NCBI RefSeq assembly: GCF_009914755.1
Contig: NC_060947.1
DNA: 64,000 nucleotides
Source of the DNA: the human T2T-CHM13v2.0 reference genome, Homo sapiens
Reading direction: 5' to 3' (one strand)
In this document: piece by piece, positions 1-15,113 of the stretch
Position numbering within the stretch: the first letter of the stretch is position 1
Layout of the letters: every line of letters begins with the position of its first letter
Position numbers and translations under genes: made by a program
The notes under the pieces: model-generated
Database searches by the model: none
The model's input: only the letters and a program-made list of their open reading frames with translations
What the model was told of the DNA's origin: nothing

Positions 1-679
1 GAATCTCTTGGAGTATTCCACGTGGGTTTCTAGGGCCTCTGTTTCTCTCCTTCCCCATTTACCCTACGCTGCCCAAACAATTACCCTGACACTTCTGGAT
101 GTTTCTCACAGGGGAGAGAATCTGGGTCAATAATCATAGGCAGTGGAGAGGGGAAAAAAGTTGAATGTTCTAGGTATTATTCATATGCAGATTACATGAA
201 AATAGTAGCAAGTTTCTCCTTCCCATTTATCTATACATCTAAGGGTGTGCAGGTATGTAAGGGACGGGCAGGTGCAGCAAAGGAGAATTCTAAGTAGACC
301 GTCCTACTAAAGAGTGTGTCTGATTCCTGGGAAATTTTGCCTAGGGCTAGGGAAAGATTTATAGTCAAGGTCTGTTTATTTTGAGTTAAAGTTAGTATAA
401 CATTAGTATAAAATGTTATAGCTGACATTATTTAAGGTAAATAAATTCTTATAAGTACATACTTCTGGAGAAATATGGAGTTTATGTTGCTCCTTGGGTA
501 ACTTTATAAAAAAATCTTTCTGTTGTTGAAGTGTCTCTTCTGGGTCATCTGGTTCTTTTATCCATTCAGAAAAAAATGCCAGTTTTCTTATGGAATCTCA
601 GGATCTTGGCTTCGTATTAGATTTGAGACTAGATTCAAAGCCTCTTCATCCTTCTTGAGTTAATAAATCTAGACAGCAT

Positions 680-681
<2 letters not shown>

Positions 682-719
<38 letters not shown>
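682..719. repeat. (GT)n microsatellite
   Basis: Pure GT dinucleotide run. Confidence 0.95.
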
Positions 720-723
<4 letters not shown>

Positions 724-2029
724 GGCTGCTATCTGTGGTGGTTGGTGCTCTCAGAGAAGGCTTGTTGAAGCAGGAGTTGGTTTGTTTGTGTCCTAAGCTC
801 ACAGTAGTGTCAGCTCAATTGGAAACTCTCCATTTGCCCTTGGGGAAGTCACTCACTTGGTACAAGTTTAGCTGGGCTGTGATGCATGTTTGCCATTGCT
901 CTAGAGAAGTTTCAGCCAGCAATTGACTCCTTCCTCATAGCAAGGATGTAAAAATCAGATGAACTGCTCAGATCCAATATGTGGGCTGAAAGATGGCCTC
1001 TTCTGGGTACCCAGTTCAGACAGGGGCTACCCCTTGCTTTGAGCTGTGTGTTAGCCAATTTATTCTATTTCCCAAATACTGTTTTCTGTGAGCCATTACT
1101 ACTTGATAATTCATAAAGTAAATTTTCAGCACATGTTAAGCTCTGACCTCAATTCATCCAACCATGGAAAGAAAAAAAGTCACACATGCATATACGCACA
1201 AACCCCAGCTTTAACTTTTTCCCTTTCCAAAGTTGTTCATCATTTTGCCCTCCTATAGTGACAGAGAAAGTACACCAATTCATTGGGCATTTGAGCAAGA
1301 TAAAGCCCTCACTACAGTTTTGGTGAAGCTCTTGAGAAATACACAGATGGCAGTCAAAAGAACTATTTGTGGTGTCAGGGATACACACACAAACATATGC
1401 ACATATTCAACAAGTCATGGGAGGTGAGACATGGGTGATGTGCAGTTGAGGCAGACAGATAGAAAATGGGATGGGAAGCTTGAGAGTTTGGTTTGTTTTA
1501 CTCCCTTGCCCCGTATTTTCCAGATATACATTAGATAGATATATAGATAGATAGATTCTTCTTTCCTTTTTGATAATTTATTTTTACTCTTGACTTAGTA
1601 GAAATGACCCCATCTGTGATATATTAGCTAAAGAGAAAATCATTTTGCTTTGGTTCAGATCCAGAATGACCTAGCCCAAAGAGGAAAGAATGACCAGCTG
1701 CCTTTGTCCAGGAGTGTCAGAGGGGCTTCTGAAAAGAATTGCTTTCTCCAAATATTTTCTTTGGGGGAAGTAGTCCCAGGCATGTGTACATGTGCCTGGA
1801 TGTGTGCACATACACCCTTCTACCCATACGGACACATGAACAAACTCATACATAAGACTTTATGTTCAAATTGGGGAAACCTGCTTTTTTCTGAGAGTCT
1901 GGCAGCTCAACTTACTAGAGAAAGAGGTTCCTAAATTCTGAAACAATTGTCAAGAGTCTCTTTGGAAACACTTCCTTGACGTTCTAATATATAGGGCATT
2001 TTCAGTGTTTTTTTTTTTCTGTCATTGGT

Positions 2030-3125
2030 TTAGAGTAAACTTCAGAAACCTGGAAATGATACTTAACTCTTTCTTTTCTCTCCTCCTATCACCTATGTCC
2101 ACTCAATCATCAAGCCCTGTCATTTCTGGTCCTAAATTAGTTCTTACATCAGTCCACTTCTCTCCATGCCCACTGCCACTCCATCGCCATCTCACACCTA
2201 GACCATTGCAATACCTTCCTAACAAGGTTCTCTGATGCCTGCAGTTCTGCCCAGATGCATCTAATCCATTCTCCACGTTGCAGTACAGTTGACCTTTAAA
2301 CAACATGTGTTTGAACTACGTGGGTCTACTCATACATGGATTGTTCTCAACCAAAGGTGGATTGAAAATACAGTATTCACTGGATGCAAAATCCACATAT
2401 ACAGGGGCCCAATTTTTCTTATCTATGGGTTCCACAGGGCTGACTGTAGGACCTGAGTATGCACGGATTTTGGTATGGGAGGGTGTCTTGGAACCAATCC
2501 CCTACGTATACTGAGGGACAACTGTACTTTGCAGCCAGGGTGCTCTTTCTGAAGCACAAGCTATGTCACTCCCCTGTCCAATTTTCTTCAATGGTTCCTC
2601 ATTGCTTACTGAATAAATTCTGAGTTCCTTGATTAAGACTCTTAATACATGGATCCTGCCTACATAATACCCAGCACTCTACCCCCATGCCCCCTCAACT
2701 CTGTTCCCTTTCCCCCCCAACACATGGCTCTCTGAAAGTACCAAATTATGCATGGTTTCAAGTACAACCTGTTCTCTTGTAACTCTCAGCCTTTTTATAA
2801 GCTATTATTTCTTTCTGGAATACCCTCCACTTCATCCTTGTCCATCTGGTAAACCTCTACTCCTTCTTCAAGTCAGTACAGAATTCACACTTATAGAAAG
2901 AAACCTTCCTTTGCACCCTTAATCAACCTTAGACTGTTCTCCCTTGATATTCTTACTACCTCCTTTGTATCTCTCTATTATGGTGCTGCTTATATTTTAT
3001 TGTACTTGTTTCTTTCCCTGTGCTGGATATTCTGTGAGGGCAGGAACCATGTCTGGATCCTCAATATGTTCCTCAGTACAGGACCTGGACATAGTCGATG
3101 TTCAATCATCGCTAAATACATGACG
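2030..3125. mobile_element. L2 LINE fragments, interrupted by MER8
   Basis: Pyrimidine-rich degenerate L2-like text ending in an L2 3'-type motif (tgtgagggcaggaaccatgtc...cctggacatagtcgatgttcaat). Boundaries approximate. Confidence 0.6.
2286..2524 (-). mobile_element. MER8-type Tigger MITE
   Basis: TIRs cagttg...caactg flanked by TA on both sides; internal ggaaccaatcccc motif. Confidence 0.8.
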
Positions 3126-3749
3126 TGGGCCTGGAATACCAAAGGCATTTTTGGTTATATAAGAATAACTTTCTGGCTATTGTGTTGATAGATCTTTTAA
3201 TCATGGAGTGGAATATGAGGCTTGCCCCACGTAGAGTGGCCAGCAAATGGGACACCTCAGAGAGGCTCCTCTAGTGACTTAGAACCCAAAAAAGAACCCT
3301 GGGACTAACCCAGCTCCAGGCCTAGGAAACGTTCTACTTTGATGCTGTTTACTGTTACATGCTACTGGAGAACTAATACAAAAATGTAACAATTTGGCTG
3401 GATTATAGACAAGGACTATAAGGAATGTTAATTGTCATCTTCCTAACATGTATTCCAGGTGCTCCACAAACTGACCCCTGCCTGGGTTTCCAGCTTTGTC
3501 ATTCCCTCCTCTGACTCACACTTTACCCTCTGGCCACACCAAACTGCTTACAGCACCTGCTATGTCATGATGTGTCATACCTCTATGTTTTTATCCATGC
3601 TGTCTTTCTGCCCAGAGTAGCTTTTCCTTTGCTTAGGTAATTCCTACTAACAATTTAAGACTTAGCTCGGGCCTCACTTCTTCCAGGAAGCCATTTCTAA
3701 CTAATCAACATGCACACACACACACACACTGAGTCTAGATAGATGTCTC

Positions 3750-4170
3750 TATGAATCAGGACTCTTTTGCTTGTAAGTCACAGAAATACAATGCAAATAT
3801 GCTTAAGCCAAAATAAGGGGGTTATTGATACTAAGAAAAATTCAGGCATAATTTTAGGCAGTTCTAGATCCAGGTGCTCAAATGGTGTCTCAGCAATCTC
3901 CTTCTATCTCTTGGCTCTGATTTCTCCTATATTAACTAAACTCTCAAGCAAATTTTCCCACATGATGGCCAAGATAGCCATCAAGAACTATAGATTTGCA
4001 TCTTACCATTTAGCAACCCCAGTGGAAACACAGATCCATTTTCTTAAAAGTCCCAGCGAAAGTTCCAGAATTGAGTACATGTCTGAACCAACCACAATGA
4101 CCAAAGAAACAGAATCTAGGTGGGATGAGACCTGATACCAAAAGCAGATATGTTGGGCAGCAAAAGCACT
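3750..4170 (-). mobile_element. Old MaLR LTR fragment (MLT1K/L-like)
   Basis: Start tcaggactcttttgcttgtaagtcacagaaa...gcttaagccaaaa is typical of old MLT1 ends. Confidence 0.5.
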
Positions 4171-4245
4171 ATATGCTTATACTCAGTTTTCCTCTTCTAT
4201 GCTCCCATATTCCTCTCCCCCACCAGTAACTCTGATTACACTGTA

Positions 4246-4276
<31 letters not shown>

Positions 4277-4674
4277 ACCTGTCTCCTCCACTAGAGTGTG
4301 AGTTCCTATGTTTATTTGCCTCTGTATTGCTAGAGGTCAGTATGGGGGCTTGGCTTCTAGTAGGTGCTCTCAATCAATGAAGGATGAATGAATGGCTCTG
4401 CCGTGCATTTTTAACAGATGATTAAATTACAGAGAGCGATACTGAAAGCCAAATCCAGGCAAACAGTTTAATTTGATACTTAGACAAATTAATAACATGA
4501 CTCTAATTTATTTGGTTATATGCATAATTATTACTGGGTTGCATGGTAAAGAGGCATAAATAGTAAACGGTTCATTTGACGTTCTAAATGTAATAAATGT
4601 CTTCTATGGGTCGGGGCTGTACTAGACACTAAGATTAGCCTTTGCCTGTTCATTAACCCCTTAACATTAATGGA

Positions 4675-4920
4675 AGTCAGTATAGTATAGTGGTTGTGGC
4701 TCTAGGGTCCTGGATTGAACTAACATCTGCATTTACTATAATAGTTCAGTGACCTTCGGCTGGTTACTTAACCACTGTGCCTAGTTTCCTCTTCTGCCAA
4801 ATGGGAATGGTACCAACCATATAGGGTTGTTGTGAGGATTAAATGCAGAAATTGATATGAAGCATTGAGAATCATGCCTGGAATATTTTTAAGTGCTTAA
4901 TAAGTGTTAACTCTTATGGT
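4675..4920 (+). mobile_element. MIR SINE
   Basis: MIR core: gtgaccttcggctggttacttaaccactgtgcctagtttcctc...gggttgttgtgaggattaaatg. Confidence 0.75.
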
Positions 4921-5364
4921 TAGGTATTAACAGCAGCTCCTCCCTACTTAAATATCACTTTACCTATTACACTTGACCTGAGGCAAAGCCCTGGGTTAGA
5001 GATTTAAAATTGAGCTTAAATATACCTTCTGGGCTTCAATAAAAGAAAATTCAACAGAATGGTAGCTCATCTCTGGCCTGGCGGATTCTATTTTATTATG
5101 GAACTTACGATCTTGGATCTCTCAGTGTGAAAAGATTATTTCGCAGTCAGCCAGTTTCCAAGCCTCATGAATCCAGAGAAGGAAGAAGTGGTCTTTCCCC
5201 TCGGGGAAGAGTTGGTGATCCACAAAAGCTAGGAAAAGACTTTCTTAAATTCTAACATTACCACTTCATATGGCTTACTATGAGAACTGGAGTACAAACA
5301 AATAGCTTGTGTGGCTGACCAGGTTTTGCTAACAACGTATATTGGTTCTAAGTGGAGCCTTTGA

Positions 5365-5995
5365 TGTAATGATGAGAGGATAACATTTGGAGGTCAGCGG
5401 ACATATGCTGGAATCCAAGCTCTCCTCTTTACTGACTATGGCATCTTAGGTAATAATAATGATTACAGCTTAGTGTGAGTGCTTACTGTGTGCTTGTCAC
5501 TGTTTAAAGCACTTTTCATGTATTACTTCCTTTAGTTCTTGCAAACAATCTTATAAGGTAAGCTTTTATATTAATCTTCCTTTACCAGTGGAAGAGGTTG
5601 AAGGGCAGAGAAATTAAGTAACTTGCCTAAAGTCACATAACTAGTAACATGGGAAGCCAGGTTTCCAACGAGCTTTTGCTACCAATTTACGCCTAGTGTT
5701 CCATTATTGGAACGCTAAGCATGTGGGAGTTATTTATATCCTACTGCTCAACGTCATCGCAAAGGTCTGATTGCAAAAATTAAAAAAATTGCAACCTCAG
5801 GCATAAATGGGTTAACCACCTCTTCATGTTGTCTGCCAGCTCAACCTCTCTGAGCCTCAGCTTCTTCATCTATAAAATCGACTTAATTGTACCAATCTCA
5901 GTGTTGCTATGAGAATTCAAGATAAGCTCGGGGAAGCATTTAGCACAATATTGGACACATGGAAAGTGCTCTTTGAATAAGCATTGCTATTATTC
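5365..5995. mobile_element. Nested MIR copies hosting MER85
   Basis: MIR core motifs in both orientations (aagtaacttgcctaaagtcaca; ctctctgagcctcagcttcttcatctataaaat). Confidence 0.65.
5682..5811 (+). mobile_element. MER85 piggyBac MITE
   Basis: TIRs ccaatttacgcct...aggcataaatggg, right-side TTAA, internal palindrome GTTCCATTATTGGAAC at 5698-5713. Confidence 0.9.
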
Positions 5996-6559
5996 TGTTT
6001 CTCCATTGTCCCTAGAAGCAGGGGCCTGGACTTCCCTTCCTTATTGCCAATGCTACTTCTTGATTCTAATTAGTCTGAGTACAAATTATTTTCTGTATGA
6101 CGGAGATACTACTAGGTTAATTACAAAACGGAGAAAACTTTGTTGCCAAAGATAGTTATTAGTCCATCCTCAAACCGTTATTTTGCCTTCTGTTTCTTGG
6201 TTACAGCACTCACCAGGTCCCCCAACACTGGCTGATGTCCGTTCCCACTGTCAACCTAAGCTTTCCCAACTGGGGCTCCTGCCAGGCTGGGTGTACTTCC
6301 ACCTGCCATCTCATTATGGAACAGTAGATCTGAAAAGTAATGAAATGTTAGACTGCTGGGAGACCCCATGGACACAAATTTATCTCAAATGGATTTAAAA
6401 TTGTAGCCAGTTATTTCATTCCTTAATTGTAATATTTTCTTTATTGATGCCTTCCTGCTATTTTGAGTATATACCTCATCATAGAAGCAATAAAGATTAA
6501 ACTCAACTAAAAACATGGAAAGAAAAATGGCTACTAAAAAATCCATTTGCCATGATGAG

Positions 6560-6960
6560 CCTGCCCTCTTACAACTACAATGCAAATAGGTCCGATCCTT
6601 TGGGAAACTGGCTTGGTAATTTGCTTCACGAACCATAATTATGTTCCTGCCCTTTAATACTACAATTCCTCTCTGGGGATTCTGTCCTAAGGACAGACTT
6701 TAGCAGAAGTAAAACAAAAGCCTATAGACACAAAGATTGTCAATGCAATATTACTTTTGCTAATGAGAAATGGAAAATAATCTAAATGTTGAGCAATTTG
6801 ATATATATTAGGGCCTATCAGTAAATGAAATATGAATGATAAAAGATTTACTTTAAAATATTAAATGAATACATTACAAAGCAGTTACAACAATGTAAAA
6901 TTGTATTATATGGATACAACCTAGAAAGGACTGCAGAAAATGAAAATTCTTATGTTAGGA
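6560..6960 (+). mobile_element. Ancient L1M 3' fragment
   Basis: Degenerate L1 3' motifs (caattcctctctggggattctgtcctaagga; aaatggaaaataatctaaatgt). Confidence 0.5.
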
Positions 6961-7475
6961 CGTGGGTCAAAGTATAGTCTATTCCTCCACACTCAATGCC
7001 TTTGATTATTGATGTCAGAATTAGAAGTTTTAATGTGTGTTTGGGTAGGAGGTGGGGAGTGGGAAGGAGTTGGAGAAGGAATTTCAAATTCCAGCCCTTT
7101 TAACTCTATTTCCTGATCATCACCTTAGAAGTAACACCATCTAAGAAATTGACCTAATTTTGTTTTTAAATAAAAAGATATACAGTAGCCATATCCACTC
7201 ATCCAATCAGACATACATATTCAGTCAGGCTCCCACTTTCCAGTCCTTCCTTTTCTTGTCCCCTTGTGGCATACAGCAGGACATAGGAGCAAACATGCTC
7301 ATATTTCCATCCCTGAACTGTCACTATCACCTGTGTGACCTTAAGCATGTTACTTTAGCTTATCTACACTAAGGCCTAGTTTGTTCATTTGAATAATGGG
7401 GCTAATAATGTTACTTACATTTTGAGTTGGTATGAGAATTAAATAAGTTAATGCATGCAAAATGTTAACATAGTA

Positions 7476-8149
<674 letters not shown>

Positions 8150-8718
8150 GTACCTGGTATCATGCAAATGCTGAATAAGTGTTAGTTTCTGGCTATAAAA
8201 TTGAGATAATACCAGTACCTACCTCAGAGGGTTTATAGGGATTAATTGGGAGAATAAATGTCACACCCCTGGCCAAATAGGTGTTAAATGTATGGTAAGT
8301 ATCATCATCAAAATTGTTGCACTGGGCAGTCTCTTCCGGTAACAAATTATCAGATAATGGAGGGAGCATTTAATGATCATGCTGATACTGATCAGATTGG
8401 TGCCTGGAGAGAAGTACCTGCTAAAAATTTGTCTAAGCAAGCAGTACAAAGCACAGTAATCTGAAGGTCAAGGGGAGCATGAGGTGGTGATTCAGCAGGG
8501 AAAACATTTGCAGAATAGAGACAAAGCTCTTTTCAAAACCACGAAGAAACTGGAAAGTAAGCAGGATGGTTAATGCAGATTATAGAAATCTATGGGGCAG
8601 CTCCCAAAGAAGTATACTAAGAGGTCAGAGGCAAGTCAGCTAGAAAACCTTAAAAGAAATTTTAGGAGAGTTGAGCAAAAGTGGGAGGTGTGATTTGAGG
8701 CTAGAAAAGAACAGGGCT

Positions 8719-9030
<312 letters not shown>

Positions 9031-9289
9031 GGGCCTAATGATAATAGCTAATACAAAATCTGTATTTATTTAGCACTTACTATTTTTCAAGCATTGTGCT
9101 AAGCAATTCATGTGCATTATAAAACTTTGTCTTCCTTATCCTATGAGGTAAATTTTTATTATTACCTCTGTAGTATAGTCTAGGCCCACATAAAACCTTA
9201 TATTATACCAAGCCCCAAAAGAGTGGTTTCTGGAAATAAGTCATTGAATGTGGTTTAGAGGGTCCAAGATTAAATTCATCATCTTTCAT

Positions 9290-10435
9290 CAAGGAATCCA
9301 TCCTTTGCTCTGTACTTGCCATCATAGCACTACCATCCACTCAGTCACCTACATCAGAAACTTGGGAGTAACTACTGAGTTTTCATTTTTTAGGTAAACC
9401 AGTCACTAAGGCCTTCCCATTTTTCTTTCTAAATATTAATACTTCTCAAATCCATCTTTTCTTCTCTATCTTCTGTAGGGTTCTCATCTTCCCCTACCTG
9501 GAGTATGCTAGTAGTGTCCTATCTGGATTCCCTGCCTCTAGTTTTGACTTCCTTGTAATCTATCCTACAAAGATTGCTTTGTAGAAAAAAAGTGTTTTTA
9601 TACAAAGTAATCTTTCTAAGATGCAGTCTGACCATATTATTTCCCTCTTGAGAACTTAGTTATTCCATAATTATCTCTGAGTGATGTCTATGACGTTACT
9701 TTCTATGCCCTGACTTATGCCTACTTCTCTGGTTTCATCTCTTGCCACTCTCCATCCCATGAACTTCTTGTAGTTCCTTCTTACTCACCTCGCCTATGAC
9801 TTTGGTTGTGTTCTATTTTCTGCCAAGGTCACCCTTCCAATTCCTTTCCTCTCAGGATGCCTAAGCTTTAAGTCTAAGCTTAGGCATCAGCACCTCCAGA
9901 AAACCTTTCCTGATTCTTGCCTGTGCTAACTGACTTTCCTGTACCCTCTGTACTCCACACCCCATGTCTGATCACTTACTACAATATGTTGAAAAGATCC
10001 TTCTGGCCATGGATCATGCTTTGTTCATCTTTATACCCCCTAAAACCTATCACGTGCTTGAGCCATACTTAGGTTTTGATAGATGTTTTTGAACTGTTGC
10101 AAGCACTTAGGACCTGTATCCAAGGAATGCTTGAGTTATAGACACTAAAGATCCCTAACAGAAATAACTACTATTTCTGAAACATCTATTGTGTGGTGGC
10201 CTCCAACTCTGACTAGCACTCACTTAGCCCCATACCTTGTCTTATTTTTCTCCATGGCACTTATCATTGTTTGTTATATTATACTTTTATTTATTGAGTT
10301 GTTTGTCAGACTTCTCACACTACAATATCAATTCCATGAAGGTAGGAATATTTGTCTTTGTCCACTGACAATCCTCAATGCTTATGCAGGGCCTGGCACA
10401 TAGTAGGTTCTCAGTAAATATTTTTTGAATGAATG
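9290..10435. mobile_element. L2 LINE fragments
   Basis: Ends in the L2 3' motif gcctggcacatagtaggttctcagtaaatattttttgaatgaat. Confidence 0.65.
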
Positions 10436-11847
10436 TGGTAGGTATGGACTTTCAACATATAATCTAATTTAGTCCTCCCAAGATAAGTATTAATGTTTCT
10501 GTTTTAGAGGCGAGGAAAGGAAAGCTCCTCATCACCTATACAAAAAAGGACAGAGGTTTTGAGAAACGGTTGTGTATATGTTGAGCCTATAGATTCAAAG
10601 ATGATTGATTCAAAGATCAGGGTCACAAGATATGGGGATACAACAAAAATGTGAGCCCAATAAAAATACCAGTTAATGAGTGAATCTCTGCCAAGCTGAA
10701 CTGAAGAGAAACACTGTGTACTCTTTCCCCCAGATATTTCACATTCTACAAGTAGAATCAGTTTTGAAACTTAAATAGTTAATTTTCTTTCTGTTGTTCT
10801 TAAAGAATCTGGGGGCTTGTGAGGACTTCCATAGGAAAATTAGGAGGCAAGGTCATTGGAGCAAGGGTGCAATTTTTGTAGACAAGCCGTTAAGGATTTA
10901 CAGAGAAAGGTTAGTTTGTGGTACTGAGAGTTAGGATACCTCTTGTGTGGCCTCTATAGTCACAAACCATACTTACCTTGATAAGAGTAGATGAGAACCA
11001 AGCACTTTGCAAAAGTCAGAGTCTGGAGTTTAACCATTATTATCTGGGAGTTGGTCAAATCTCAATAAAGGTGACATACCCTCAGAATCTTTGAATTCTA
11101 CCTCAAGTTTTGCCTTCTGTAGTCCCCTCATTTCAGCTCTGGATTCTTCTGCCTCCTTTAAGACTTATTTCAACGTCTCTGACCTGACTATTTTTAGTCT
11201 AGATAGATTAGGATGAGAGGAAAAGACAGGCTTAGGACGGGCAAGTCTGTTCCTAGGGATTCTTGGCTCTTTTTATTCCTCTAGAGGGGAAATGTTTCCT
11301 AAAAGATGACCCAAGAATCAAGCTTTTTTTTCTCTGTGTCAGCTCTCCCCAAAAGAAAAATATCTGGCATCTGTATCATACATCACACTTTATTGATAGC
11401 TTTTCACTTACACTAGGACATTTTAATCATCACAATCATTTTATAATTGAGGAAGTGGAGCAAAGGCATATAGCTAATTGAAGGCCACACAGGTAGAAAA
11501 TAGTAAAATTTGCTTTGTGAATCTTAAATGATAGCAAAGCCCAGCCAAGTTTAGCTTGATGTCAAGATTACCACGGCTAAAACTCAATTCATCATCTTTG
11601 CCCCCCACCACCTCCAAAACCCCTCTACTTCTCTGTTCCTTATCTCAAAGGGTGGAGCCCTTTTCCACCTGGGAGTTAACATTGACTTTTATTCTCATGA
11701 TGTCTCTTGAAAATGTTCTCTCTTCAATAACTACTCTGCCCCACTATCCTATCTTAGACCCTCAACTCCTCTCATCTGAGTTGATGCAATGACCCTTCCC
11801 TGCCTGCATTCTTATACTTCTTCATTATCCACACCAAGGGGACATTT

Positions 11848-12160
11848 CTTTTCTTTTCTTTTCTTTTCTTTTTTTTTGAGACAGGGTCTCGCTCTGTCAC
11901 CCAGGCTGGAGTGCACTGGAGCAATCTTGGCTCACTACAACCTCTGCCTCCCATGTTCAAGTGATTCTCATGCCTCAGCCTCCCAAGCAGCTGAAATTAC
12001 AGGTGCCCGCCATGACATCCAGCTAATTTTTGTATTTTTAGTAGAGACAGGGTTTCACCATGCTGATTAGGCTGGTCTTGAACTCCTGACCTCAAGTGAT
12101 CCGCCTACCTCGGCCTCCCAAAGTGCTGGGATTACAGGCATGAGCCACCGCACCCGGCCC
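11848..12160 (-). mobile_element. Alu (AluS-like)
   Basis: Antisense Alu flanked by a gggacatttct duplication. Confidence 0.95.
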
Positions 12161-12354
12161 AGAGGGACATTTCTAAAGCACAAATTATTAATAGAGCAAG
12201 TCATTAAAACTCTTCAATAAATTTACATCAGCTTTAGGCTAAAGTACAAATTCCTTAGCTTGGCATCACATCCTCCCTCCTGTCTCTCTACCTTCCCTGC
12301 TATGAACCCTGCACTTTACTGATTGAAACTTTTAGTTTCCTGAAAGGGACATGA

Positions 12355-12590
12355 ACTGAGCTAATATTTATTGGACACCTATTATGTGCCAGGTAGTGGC
12401 CTAAATGTATCATATCTTGTAATTTAATCATCAGCAACTATCCTACGTGGTAGGTGCTGTCATCATCCCCATGTGGCAGATGAGAAAACTGAGACAGAGA
12501 GAGACAAACTAACTTACCTAAGGTCATGCAGTAAAATAAGTGGTAGATTTGGGATTTGAGCCCAGACAGTCTGTGTTCTTAACTACTACC
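12355..12590 (-). mobile_element. MIR SINE
   Basis: cagatgagaaaactgagacagagag...cttacctaaggtcatgcag...gggatttgagcccagacagtctg. Confidence 0.8.
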
Positions 12591-13689
12591 CTGCCTCTTT
12601 CATTTCTTACAATCTGCCAAGAATGTCCTTTTTCCCATCCTACTGTTCACCAAGCAAAACCCTTCAAGGCTTAATTTGAGTCTTCTTTGGGAAATGTTAC
12701 CTGACTTCTCCACATTCCTTACTACCTCTGATCCTCACCCATGGCTGAATAAGGTATCTCTCTTCTGGCTTCTCCTAGAACCTGTGCATACCTCTAATTA
12801 TAGCACTTGACACACAGCTTACATGTCTGTTCACGAATTTCTTGAGAGCATGAAGTTTGCCTTAGTTGCCTTTTATCCCAACATGTATGCAGCACAGTGC
12901 CTGGAACACAATAAATCCTTCTTGAGTAACTATTCTTCTCCTGGAAGATCTCCCGCAAATGATTGTGGTGAGTTTCTATTGTCAAAACTTATAAATCCAC
13001 AGGTGACATCTTTCGCTATTCTGGAGCCATGAGAGCCTCTGCAAAACTAAGCAGAGAGGGCTTCTAAATAGGATGGTACGGATTGTGACCTGTATTTGTT
13101 CATACTTTATTTGAATATACTTGCACATTTACAGAAAAATTATGAGAATAAGAATAAAAAGAGTACTCATACGTTTTTTACACAGACTCACCTATTGCTA
13201 ACATTTTCCCCATTTCCTTTATGATTTGCCACTCACTCTATCATCTGTCTATCTATCTGTCTATCTATCTATCTATACACACATATAGTTGATTTTTCCT
13301 GAACCAACCATTTAGAGTACATTGTATATATCATAGCCCTTTTAATCATAAACACTTCACTATTCTCTTACATATCCTCATACCATTATCACCAGCATTA
13401 AATTTAACATTTACATGCTACTTTAATATAACCTACACTCTACATTTCATTTATGGAATATTCCATATTCCAATTGTGGCAATAAACTGTCCTTTATAGC
13501 ATTTTTGTTCTGATGATTATCGACTGGGTAACCTTAGGGGCAGTGGCTTCATCTCTGAGCTTCAGTTTTTTATTTGAAACATGAAGGTGATAATGAATGC
13601 CTTAATAAGCTAGATGTTGGAAGAGTAAATGGTGGTAATTTATGTGAAAGCACCCTGGCATATTGTAGTAAGGCCTGTTCGACCATATA

Positions 13690-13940
13690 AATACAGCATA
13701 GTGGGTAAACATGTGGGCTCTGAAGTCAGACTGCCTCAGTTCAAACCCTTGTTTAGTCACTTACCAGGTGAGCCATGTGGGCAAGTTAAAGCATCTCCAG
13801 GTTTAAATTTCTTCAACATCAAATAGTGACAATAGTGGTGTCTACCTCAATTGTTGTATTAAATTAGGCTCTACATGCAAAGTGCTTAAAATAGTGTCTG
13901 GCTGAGTAAGTGCTCTATAAATGTTTAACTATTATCATTA
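13690..13940 (+). mobile_element. MIR SINE
   Basis: gggctctgaagtcagactgcctcagttcaaaccc...gtgggcaagtt. Confidence 0.75.
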
Positions 13941-15113
13941 AGTTTGACAGGTATTTCAAGGAGGATCCTTGTATTACAAAAAAACTGGTATAATCTACTG
14001 TACTAAGACCTATCGGAGGAATAATAACAGTAATTAACAAATCCCAACTTAAAGATTTTAAAAAAACTTTTCCTGTCCTTCATCATAAGCTCTTGGAACA
14101 TATTAATTAACTTTATAATATTAAATTCACCTTGTTACAAAGAGCTTAAGTGTCTCACCTCAGGTCACGATGCTGGGAATTAGGACCTAGCCCTTCATTG
14201 ACTTTTCTTCCTGACAGAAATCACTCCATATTTCCTCTCTATGTACAGTGCAATAGCATTCTTCTAAATTTGGCTTTTTGCCATGGAAATGCTTGACCAC
14301 AAGTCTCATGTTTCCTCTCCCAGACAAAAGACCTGGGACCTAATTAGGTGGTAATATTCAAAATATTTAACCACCCTTGGTCTCAGTAGGAGCTGGGTTT
14401 TGGAAGGCCCCTTTGTGTTAGTCATTGTCCTGTAGTCGCTGGATCAAGTTGGGCAGTAGGAGGAGCATAAGGAGGAGGAGGTTGAGTGGCCAGGACCAAG
14501 GGAGTCCATGAGGGACTTGGGGCAGTGATTATTCACAAACCATTACAGAAGCGTGTTAATATTTTTAACTCCAGGTTTTTAATCACTGTGCAGAGCATCT
14601 CAGTCCTGGGCCTAGGAAAGCATTCTTAGCTAACAATTCCGTGTCCACCTCTAATGCTGCCACAGAGAATTCTTGAATTCCTTGAGATCTTCCTGCCAGC
14701 GATAATTAGGCAGACAGCCAATACCATAGCATTGCAAAGAGATGATTTAACTAAGTCTCTAAAATCTTCTATCATTACCCTTGGAAAAGTATATCAATGA
14801 CACTAATAACACTGGTATTTTGGTCACATTGCAAACCAGGTGATAACCTGTATTCTTGGCCTTTTCCTTAAGTCATGCTGTTGCTATTACATTTATACTA
14901 AAGCCAAGGTGGGGCTTATTGGATACAGGGATTACACAGCTTGCTGGAGTTAAGCTAGGGAGTTTCCAATTCTATTCTTCAAGTAGAAGGTGTCCTATAG
15001 TTTGAGAATGGCCAAGGGTAAAAGTGAGTCTCATCTCAGTGGCTCACATTTATCCAGCTTCGGCTGCCAAGAGTAGATGGTACCCTAAGTCCATTCTGCT
15101 CCTCTGCTCTTAG

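Noticed and set aside
1-20. Short inverted similarity to ~59180-59198
   Set aside because: Needs two gaps and does not extend into the flanks; likely chance.
14345-14590. Segment with aaaatatttaac...gttaatatttt inverted ends
   Set aside because: Probably an ancient hAT-type MITE but too degenerate to name or bound reliably.
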